Assembly (NCBI GenBank): GCA_023345925.1
Contig: JAJQQN010001441.1
Coordinates: forward strand, 1-32,537
From: Vannella sp.
Taxonomy: Eukaryota
Length of the DNA stretch: 32,537 nucleotides
Direction of reading: 5' to 3'
In this document: one piece after another, positions 20,811 through 29,927 of the stretch
Layout: each line of letters begins with the position of its first letter
Position numbering within the stretch: position 1 is the first letter of the stretch
Program-made: the position numbers and the translations under genes
The notes under the pieces: generated by a model
Seen by the model: only the letters and a program-made list of their open reading frames with translations
Database searches by the model: none
Told to the model about the DNA's origin: nothing

Positions 20811-23220
20811 ATGGAGCGGGCGAGTGCTCGGCAGAAAGAGCGGAGGGACTCCCAACAGCCTACTGATGAGAATGGGGCAGTCAAGGAAGCCATAGAGACG
20901 TCGGAGAATGAGTCTCCCTTGCCAACAGAAACTGATGAGGGCGTTTACTGTGTTTGCCGTGGCAAGGATGATGGATCGTACATGCTAGCCTGCGAAAAAT
21001 GCGATGAATGGTACCACGGCCGCTGCGTTGGTATCAACAAGAGAGCAGGCGACAAGCTCCTCACTTACGTCTGTCTCCGTTGCCAGCCCGTTCCCGAACC
21101 AGGGGCGATCGAACCGCCAACAAACGGTGGCGATACGGATGATCAAGTGAATCTAGAAGCTCCTCACGTCGTCAAGAGTCCTTCAAAGCCTCCTCAGAAG
21201 CGTGCTTTGCCTCCTTCTCGCTCGGTAAGTTCTTTGTTGTCCCAGGCTGATGTGATTGGCCCTGGAGCCCTAACCCTTCCTTCAGACAGTACAACCCCCT
21301 CCTAAGCTGAAGAAGGTAACGCCAGAGAAGCCTGAAGGACCGGAGAGTGTGCATCCGTCGATCGTCGCTCTCTCCAATGCGCTACTCACAGGAGGCCAGT
21401 GCTCCGAAGAGAGAGCCCGTGAACTAGCTACGGCTCTCGTTGGCCACGTCAACACAATGTTCGACAACTTCACAGGGAGCAAGCGCGCGCTTGAACAAAG
21501 GGAGAAGATCCGCTCGCTATTCATTCACATAAAGGATCCGAAGAACGAGGAGCTGCGGTCACGCATCATCGACGAGAGACTCAGCATCCCCGCACTGGCC
21601 AACACCGCCGAAATAGACTTGGACAGTAACTCTGCTGAACGCCGAGCGCTGGAACAGAAGTTACGAGCGGAAGCTTCTCGACTCTTGTTCCTTCGCGAGA
21701 GCGACAATCCCATGATCCGCAAGACCCACAAAGGCGAGGAAATGATCTGCGGTAGCACTGATGTGGAACCAATCAATCTACCCGCTTATAACATGCCCCA
21801 GGGCCCAAGTAACGAGTTGGTTGAATCCCCTCGCATCACCAACAGTGTTAATGAGGAGAATCCGCCTCAAGAAGCTCCTACAGAGAGCCTTATGAGACAA
21901 TCTGCCACTTTGAATGAAGAAGAAGCTCCTCGCCAAGACTTAGAGGCCAAAAAGGAAGAGCTGGGCATTGCAGGGGCCCTCTCTATTGCGAGCCCTCAAG
22001 TCCAGAGGGTTGCTGCCCCCTTTGCTTCCCGCCCGGCATCAAAGAAAGCCAGTTGTTGGCAAGGCTTTATTGAAAAGTGTCCCGATGACTTACCACCTGT
22101 AGGGGTCAAAGCAGTGCAGATCTGCGGGCGAAATCTGGGGAAAACCTTTGGAATGAAGGACTTGACGGTTGTGGGCCGGATGGAATCACGCAAGATGCTG
22201 GAATATCTCGACCGCTTAGACCTTTCCACATCATGCAAGCGCGCCGCTCTTTACCTTCTGCCCAACTCGCCAGAGGAAGAAGCCAACTACAATGCGATGT
22301 ATCAATACTACTTTGGGATCTCAAGGGTGGCTGTCGTCAATGCCAAAGAGATTTCCGACACGATAAGAGAAATCTTTATTGCTCCTTTCTCCTCCTCTTC
22401 GTCAGTTCCTCGCTTTATTGAACAAAAAGGCGAGGTCCCCACCAGGTTGTTAGCAGACGAGCAGAACAAACTCGTCTGTATCGTCATTTACCACCGCAAC
22501 AAGGCCAAGGTGTTGGCAAACAAACAGAATAAGCTGTCATTGTCATCTTCGGGCCCCCTCTCACCAGAAGGGTCACCTCTTCAAACATTTGAGGACGGGA
22601 ACTTACCTGAAGTGCCTTCCTTACCACCACAAGCATTTGATCCCTCTTCGCAGACCCTGGAAGAGCTGGCCAGGCCGTCATCTCATGTGAATGCCCATTT
22701 ACATTCTCCCCCATCTGCCCCGCTATCCGCTGTGGCCTTTGGACCCGGACCAACTGCTTTACCACCAGGAGATGCCGTTCAAAGTATCCTAAAACGTCTG
22801 CAAGGTCTTTCCAACGCTGGCGGGTACCTCCCACCGGCGCCCCCTAGTGCCGAAGTTGGTGGTTGGGGCGCTGCTTATCCACCGGCACCTCTTGGGGGAG
22901 GGTACCCTCCAATAGAGCATTCGCCATACCCACCCCCAGGAGGCTATCATCCTCATCCGGGAGGCTACCCAGCTCCAGCTCCGGCGGGTTTCTTTCCCCC
23001 GCCACATTCGGGACCTTATCAGGGTCCCTCGGCACCGTTTGGGGCTCCAGCACCATTTGGCGGTTACCCTCCACATGGAGGACCTCCTCCTGGCACACAA
23101 AATTACTCTCCAAGTCAGCCTCCATCCTTTGACAGGCGATGGGAAGGCCCGCCAGAACCAGAACGCAGGAGAGGAGGGAGGCGCCGAAACCGCAATAACA
23201 CCAACTGGGACCGGCGCTGA
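20811..23220 (+). CDS. BYE1: PHD finger + TFIIS central domain + SPOC protein (Bye1/PHF3/DIDO1-like; about 782 aa)
   Basis: PHD VYCVCR...MLACEKCDEWYHGRCV...YVCLRC; TFIIS_M KIRSLFIHIKDPKNEELR and IRKTHKGEE; SPOC-like WQGFI...LTVVGRM; Pro/Gly/Tyr-rich tail. Intron at 21225-21285. Confidence 0.88.
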
Positions 23221-23274
23221 AGCCATCAAATAGTGTCTAAATACGTCTTTCTCTTATTCTGATCGTCCGAAGTG

Positions 23275-24282
23275 CTAGTACAACCGCAAGAGAGTGAATA
23301 AACTTGGGGCCAACCACAGCAACCACACCGACACGCAGAACCCGACCGCAAAGACAGAATAGACATCACTAAACAGGAGAGCCTGGAAGAGACCCACCAG
23401 AGTGAAAAGGGAGCAGCCTAGCGCTACGCGGGCAACACGTTTCCAGAACGGGGAAGGAGGGATGGCTTTGTTCACCAGTGGAGAGGTGTAGGGCAGATAG
23501 TTTGAGAATGACAAACAGAATAAGATCCCCAATAACATTGATGTGCACATCGGCAAGCCGGGCATGTGCATAAGGAGCTCGTTTGTACTCAAACCACAAG
23601 TCACTAACATGACTAGGGTCAATCCCACGATGCCCTGAGTAGAGGAAAGCAGCCCCCAGTCTGAGTAAACCCGATAGATGACAAAGGCCAACAGCCAGCC
23701 ACCAATAATGTCGTGCGGGAAGTGGACACAAAAATAGAATCGAGAACCAGACGCCAATCCCACAATGAACCAGCTCAGCGCGTAGAGAAGGGCCTTCTGC
23801 TTGTTTGTACAACCCACACGAAGGCGGTCATACAAGAAAGTCCAGCAAACCATCGATCCACAGCTGTGCCCCGAAGGAAAGGAGTATTCCAGTACCCGCA
23901 TGGAGGCTGGGGTGATGTCCACGTCGAGAAAGAGCTGATTAGGGCGATCACGATTTAAGGCAGACTTGATGAGACTGCCAATGAGCCAAGTGTTGGTCAG
24001 GAGTAGGTTAAAGTCGAAGCCGAAGCTGAGTTTGCGGCGATTGTTGTTGAGAGACACAGCAAAGCACACAATGGGGATGAGTAGGAAGAAGAACTCGAAG
24101 CCAAAGTACCCCATCAACATCAAGAACCGATCCAGAAGAGGAAACCGCAACGTGGCCACACCGACCAGCAAAGGGCGCTCCAACTGCTCCAGCGTCGGCA
24201 CGAAGGCGCAGATCGCCGCAAACAACGATGCACAAATGAACAACTTGACTGTATCATCCCCTCTCTGCTTAGGAGGCGCCAT
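23275..24282 (-). CDS. PAP2-family membrane lipid phosphatase (sphingosine-1-P / lipid phosphate phosphatase-like)
   Basis: Three PAP2 motifs KSALNRDRP, SFPSGH and SRFYFCVHFPHD, with multiple TM segments. Start is uncertain (ATG at 24282, 24330 or further upstream). Confidence 0.88.
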   Translation of the reverse strand: MAPPKQRGDDTVKLFICASLFAAICAFVPTLEQLERPLLVGVATLRFPLLDRFLMLMGYFGFEFFFLLIPIVCFAVSLNNNRRKLSFGFDFNLLLTNTWLIGSLIKSALNRDRPNQLFLDVDITPASMRVLEYSFPSGHSCGSMVCWTFLYDRLRVGCTNKQKALLYALSWFIVGLASGSRFYFCVHFPHDIIGGWLLAFVIYRVYSDWGLLSSTQGIVGLTLVMLVTCGLSTNELLMHMPGLPMCTSMLLGILFCLSFSNYLPYTSPLVNKAIPPSPFWKRVARVALGCSLFTLVGLFQALLFSDVYSVFAVGFCVSVWLLWLAPSLFTLLRLY

Positions 24283-24538
24283 CTCGGACACAGAAAGGTG
24301 CGCCGTCGGTTCGCGCGCCGACTTGCCCATTCCCCTTCCTCCCACAAAGTGACCAAACTGGCCTTTCTTAAGCCTTTGTGGAACGGGAGAGAGAAGAGCG
24401 TCTGAGAATGGAAGGCCAAACGAGTAGCGAAGGGAGTGGGAAGTGCCAGAAGGCATTAATATACTGTATTGTGGGAGATCTCGTTCCAACAGGGAGAGCG
24501 ACGGATGGGCCTCCTCTGTAGGAGGGGGTTATGTCGTA

Positions 24539-26084
24539 CTATTGTGAGGCGGGGCCGTTCTTGGAACGTCCTTCTCCTCGGCCAGAGCCATTGCCATTGC
24601 CGTTGCCTCGGTTGCTGGGTCTTGCGCCTCGAGACTCTCCAGAGGTACCACGGGACTCTCCAGAACCGCGGCCACCCCTCACTGGGCGAGAACCAGCATC
24701 TTTGGCCTTTCCACGAGCACCATTGGCCCGGGGAGGAGGAGCAACGCCCTGCGCAACCCGAACGACCTTCTCTCCCACTCGAATGCTCTACAAGGACGCC
24801 AAGAGTGAGCTACCGCACTTCACCAGAAGCAAAGACGCTCACCTTCTTCGAAGCGATCACCAAAGCGCCAATCTGAGCATCCTCGAACTCCAAGATAGCA
24901 CGAGACTGTCCCTGGAAGGAGATATACCTTGGCACTCCGAAAGAGGCGAAGGCTGCCTTCAACGTGTCCTTGTTTGCAGACAAGTCAAAGTTAGAGACCT
25001 CCACGAAGCGGGTGTCAGCTCCCGTCTTTTCAGAGGTGGCAGAAGCACTCTTGTTTTCAGTGGCTTGACGCGCAGGAGCAGTGGTCCTCTGAGTGGGTAC
25101 AACAGCGGGAGTAGAGACGGGCGTGGCATTGTCGTGGCGAACGCTGTCCCAACTGAAAGCTGCCGAGCTCTCTTTCTTGTTGGGAGTAGCGAGGTCTTTC
25201 GAGGGTACCTCTGGAGTTTGTTCGGCTTCCTGGGGCACTGTGGCTTCAGCTGGAACCTCAGAAGACTCTTTCTTCTGGTCCTTCTTCTTCTTTCTCTCTT
25301 TCCTATCCTTCGTCTTCTTTTCCTTCTTCTCCTCCTCAACAGGAGCTACCTCGTCCGCCGGTGACTCCGTCTCTTCAACGGGAGTCGAGGAGGGCGATGG
25401 TTCCACCGGTTGCTGCTCCTGGACCGTTTCCGTCACCTCCTCTACAATAGCAGCTGGCTCCTCTTCCTCTTCCTCCTTCTCTTTCACCTTTTCCACAGCC
25501 TCTTGCGCAGCACCCTTCTCCTCTTGCTTGGGGGCCACATCAAGGACACTGCGATCAGCCTCGTCAATCTCCTCGTGGTCTGCGTAGACAAAGATCTCAT
25601 TCAAGATGAAGTATCCCTTGGGCTCCTGAGGATGAAGCAAGAACACCTGAGTGAAAGCCCGTTGCGTTCCAGCAACAGTGTTACGGAACAAGCCAGTGGC
25701 CTGCACCCGTTTACAGCATCAGGAAGGCGAACAGGGAAGAGTAAAAATGGGTGTGGCGTACCGTTACAATGAGGCACTTGTTGGCAGACTCCTGAATGAC
25801 AACGTTCCGTACATCAACAAGGCAGTTTGCTTGTAGTCCTTTGAGGGCCTGGCTGATCTCCTGTGACGTGAGAAGATCCCACTATCAGACAAGTTCCCCA
25901 CAAGCTACCCTGAACCGCGGGAAGCCCTTACCTGAAGCCCTTTAGAAGTTACCACTTCCTTTCCTTCTCCCCGTGTGAAAGTGGACTCCTCCTTATACAA
26001 AGACTGGAGCTTGTTGGGGTCAGAGAAGAGTGTCTTGAAGTACACTCTGACAAACTGTTGGCCAACGAGCTGTCCGCTTTCCAT
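24539..26084 (-). CDS. G3BP: NTF2-like + acidic linker + RRM + RGG protein (G3BP/Bre5-like; about 452 aa, 3 introns)
   Basis: MESGQLVGQQFVRVYF...LYKEESTF; FTQVFLL...YFILNEIF; RRM FVEVSNFD...FASFG...AILEF; RGG-rich tail. Introns at 25861-25931, 25701-25761 and 24788-24842. Confidence 0.88.
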
Positions 26085-26287
26085 CGTTGCAACACGCCAA
26101 GAACGACTGATCCCCTTGCTTCACTTTTTACTCTATTCCCGACATCGCAATCTTAAATGTCATTCAATTATTAAAATAGAATGAGGGAACTTATTCATAT
26201 ATCTTTCAAAGACGAACCAAATTGCCGGGCCAATTGTGGGACATTTCACCTTCCTTTTCAGGGCTCAAGCAGCGAACCAGGGCGCTC

Positions 26288-27402
26288 TCATTCACTTGGC
26301 GCTCGCTCTGTGCCAGTCTGTGGTGCTTCCGAATGGTGGTACTTTGGGTAAGATCAGCAAAAGGGGTTTATTGTGTTCGCCTGACTTTGGTAGGGGGCGG
26401 AGCGGTTCCCTCTCTGAAAGGCATGGCTTTCTCTAGCAGACGAAGGTTGGCGGTCTGCTTGACCTGCTTGATAAGGGGCTCATCTATCGTATCTCTTTGA
26501 CGGAACTTGGCTCGGAGGTCTTCCAGTTGGCGACGAGCGAGGGTTTCGGTGGCTTTGTTCTGTGCGTGTTCTTTACTGGCCTCAGCCTTCTTTGTCTCCA
26601 TGGCAGCGATCATCTTTGCCTTGTCCACGTTCTGCATGTACATTTCGCTCTCCCGCTTCGCCTGGGACACGACCGTACGCATCCGATCCTGCCGTGTGGC
26701 GTCCTGTTGTCCTGTAAAGAGCCCTGATCAGCACCATATCAGGTCAAATGTATGGATAGCATACTCTTATGCTCTGTGAGATGCTGCCACTTGAACTTGG
26801 GGAGGTATCGGATGGTCCAGGTGAAGTTAGCGTGAAAGTTGCGCTTCGATCCCCCAATGGGAGTCCCATTCAGGCTGACAGCGATCCGCTTGGCCAGCCT
26901 CTTATCCAGAAACTCGACCCAACCATCAATGAAGCACACCTTCTTCGTGCCTCCCCGCTTTGCACGCGCTTTCCGCCGAGTTTCATCTTCCCCACGTTGT
27001 TTAGCTTCCTTTTCGAACGGTTGTGGGGTCCAGTTGCTGGAACGTACCTTCTGGAGTAAGGTAGATCCGATCTACTGCACCATATTGGCCCATAAGGTGT
27101 CGAATCTTCTCAGGCTTCATAAACGGGGGCACCTTCGAGATGTAGATGATCCCTCGAGCCTCCTGGTTCTCCTTGGCTCGTAGAGCATCTCTTTCTCTCT
27201 TCTCTTTCTTCCGTTGCTCTTTCAGCTGCGCTCGCTTCTCCTTCTCTTGATCGTGAGGCCCAAGCTCCTCTTCCTCAGAGGTTTCCTCATCTTGGCTCCC
27301 TTCCTCCTCTCCCTCCTCCTCCTCCTCCTCCTCCTCTACCACGTGTTCCTCCTCCTCTTCCTCTTCACGGACACGTTTCTCTCCTGTTAGAGGTGCGCTC
27401 AT
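26288..27402 (-). CDS. ESF2: Pre-rRNA-processing protein ESF2/ABT1 (about 318 aa)
   Basis: GIIYISKVPPFMKPEKIRHLM, IYLTPED, FIDGWVEF, LNGTPIGG, WTIRYLPKFKWQHLTE. Introns at 26987-27047 and 26712-26764, plus probably 26342-26385 (if unspliced, the stop is at 26368). Confidence 0.93.
27301..27365 (-). repeat. (GAG)n-rich coding microsatellite giving the poly-Glu tract of ESF2
   Basis: Runs of cct/ctc on the plus strand. Confidence 0.8.
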
Positions 27403-27432
27403 CAGCCGGGGCGCAGCAAATGGCATTTCCTC

Positions 27433-29240
27433 ATGGTCGGGTCCAACACCACACCCGCTTATGGCTACGGATCTCTGCGCTTTGTGGAGGCTTCGTTGCG
27501 CAGAGAGCATGCACGCTTTGCTACAGAAGGACGAGGGTGGCTGATCGTTATCTACTTGCTGTTGTCCTTGGCGTTGGCGAGGGAAGAGTGCGCGGAGTAC
27601 CAACGCGTTTGTTTGACGCTTGTGGGAGGCTGTACGTTGCTATTGTTGGGACGGATCTTGCCTGGAAGTGATACAACGTCATACTGCGATGCTTTAGCTT
27701 CTATCTTGTTCTTCCAGGCCAGTGTTTGGACCACCACGAACCAGATCTACTCATGTTGCGCTACTCTTTTGGGTGTGATTCTTTCCTCTCGCTACCTGCA
27801 CGTTCCAGTCCCTGTGGAGTGTATCATCTGTTTATCGGCAATAACATGGCAGTGGGGACTGCTCCTGAAGATTATCTGGCAGTACTATCCTGAAGTGGAC
27901 TATCAGTTGACCGTGTGGGCGATCCTGTACACTCTTGCAGCCCCTTTCATCCTTCTACTTAGCGTACTCTACATGAGAGGGAAACACTTCATAGTAATGG
28001 GACGGTTCCTGACCCGCCGCTTTGGCAGGAGGCTCGAATTGGACTTACGAAATTCTTGTGTCGAGAATGTCCGGACCCATGTGGAGCGGGAAGCAGCTCT
28101 GCTTTCGGAATATCAAACAGACATATCTAAGGTACCAATGGTCTTTATCTCTGGTAGGTTGACCCAGCCAGGAAGGAAGGAGCTGGATTGACAGGAACAG
28201 GTTACTATCGCTCCGGAACTACTTTTTTGTTTATGCAGCTGCAGGCTCTTCTCAAGATGGCAGCGGTTACCAATCATGATGTATCATACTATCATTCACT
28301 GATAAGTGATCACCAAGCAGGCCAGACAGAGGCTAAGCGGGTGAGACTAACAATTTCTTCAACTGCTCTGGCGCTTACCCGTTCTAGGAACTGATAGACA
28401 CATTCTTTAAGAAGATAGGATGTGTGGATCGTTTCATTGACTCCATGCCAGCGGCTGCCGCTGCAATTGAAGAGTACGGGTTCATTTTAAGCAATATGGG
28501 ACTCCAGAAGCATCTGGATGGCCGCGAGGTCAGCTGGAATGCATTTCAACAGATATGTGAGAAACTTTTGATTGTCCATGCACCACCAGGAGAGCGCTTC
28601 GCTCGCGGATTACTGATGAAGAATCCACCGGATAGTGGCCGAGAGACTCTCATCCTGGAGCGCTATCCCCAAGCCAAATTCATCTATATCTCACGCAATC
28701 CTATTCACGTAAGTCAGGGAAGGTGTGATACGCTTCAATGGCTCAGACTGAGGAATCCAGATTCTCAATTCGATGTATTCCGCGTTGACTTTGGTTTCTT
28801 CCAGCCCAGCGTTATGGGACCCCTACTTCTTCTCATTAACAGGATGGAGTGATGCCAACCGACTGATGTTTGTAGTTCTGACTGCATTTGGACTGATGGG
28901 CTTCTACGGTGGAGAATGGGGGCAAAGGCAAATGGTTAAACTCTGCGCCAAGGACATCGCAAACACACACAAGATGATGAAAAAGTCCTTTTCGGAGCTG
29001 CCTGAAGGCGCGTTGATCACTGTGTCGTACGATGCGATTTCTTCTGAGCCCAAAAAGGAATTAGAACGCGTTTGCTCTCTTCTTCAAATGGAACCTGACC
29101 GCTCGCTCCTCCAGCTCGCTTCATCTTCCCCACGGCCTCTGAAGTTAGCAAAGGCAGTGCAAGAAGTTGCTCCATTCTTAGTGGAAAGCATGCTTCGAGA
29201 CGGGACTTGGCGCAACGAATGGGACACTCCCGCCCTTTAG
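27433..29240 (+). CDS. Multi-TM protein fused to a sulfotransferase-like (PAPS-binding P-loop) domain (about 553 aa, 3 introns)
   Basis: After splicing 28154-28200, 28341-28387 and 28709-28760: PMVFISGYYRSGTTFL (5'-PSB-like), LLMKNP, YPQAKFIYISRNPIHILNS (3'-PB-like), VSYDAISSEPKKELERV. The N-terminal ~190 aa hold about 5 hydrophobic segments. Confidence 0.8.
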
Positions 29241-29437
29241 TGTCAGAAGCGCAAAGAAGAGCAATACACTCGCTTCAAAACTCTTTGATTCCGAACAACA
29301 TCTGGTACAGCAGGAGAGCGATTGACTGGATCACTCCACAGCGGACACCTCCTGGATTGGTTGGGTCTCCATCAGCTTCCCAAAAAGATGGAACGTTGAC
29401 TTGCTGCATGACACCGGAGAGCTGTCCTGGGGAAAAC

Positions 29438-29716
29438 CTAGAATAATGAGAAGAAATTAGTGGGGCAATGTAAAGAGGAGGGGGATCGTTGCTTACCAAG
29501 GACCGCGTTGAAAAGGGGATCCCCTGCCAAGTGAATATCGCGACTAGTCACCTTTCCAGCCTTCTGGAACTTTCGGGATTCCTCTCTGTTCCGCAAATCG
29601 ATCCATTAACCGTCTTTGCAAACGAGGGTCATCCCAAAAGCGCTTGGGGAACGGCTTAAACTCAACATTGATTGACAAACTTGCTCTCGGAGAAGGGTCC
29701 GTCATTGGGAGCATCA
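29438..29716 (-). pseudogene. Possible frameshifted gene remnant with an intron-like segment
   Basis: Minus strand reads PKRFWDDPRLQRRLMDRFAEQRGIPKVPEGW, continues in a shifted frame as KVTSRDIHLAG, then an intron-like gtaagc...ctaat...tctag (29496-29438). Confidence 0.35.
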
Positions 29717-29927
29717 AGAAACGGAATTTTTCTACTCAGACAAAGTATTCTACTGGCAAAGTGTTCTACACAACGCTGACTAAGAACTCTGGAGGCTGAT
29801 TTTGATAGAGTCTCCTTCAGATTGCATACTGACTTAGCCAAGCTGTTGGAAAAACGATCGTTTAGTAAAGATGAGAGCTTTACTTTTGAGCGATTGCCCT
29901 TGAATTAAAGATCAGATGTTCGCCTCA

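Noticed and set aside
21268..21277. CCCTAACCCT as a telomeric repeat
   Set aside because: It coincides with the branch-point position (CTAAC) of intron 21225-21285.
24531..25587. Long plus-strand ORFs (277 and 164 aa)
   Set aside because: Antisense shadows of the low-complexity Glu/Lys-rich G3BP-like gene.
27403..27603. N-terminal extension of ESF2 shown in the ORF track
   Set aside because: It begins at a non-ATG codon and overlaps the opposite-strand gene; ATG 27402 (or 27426) fits better.
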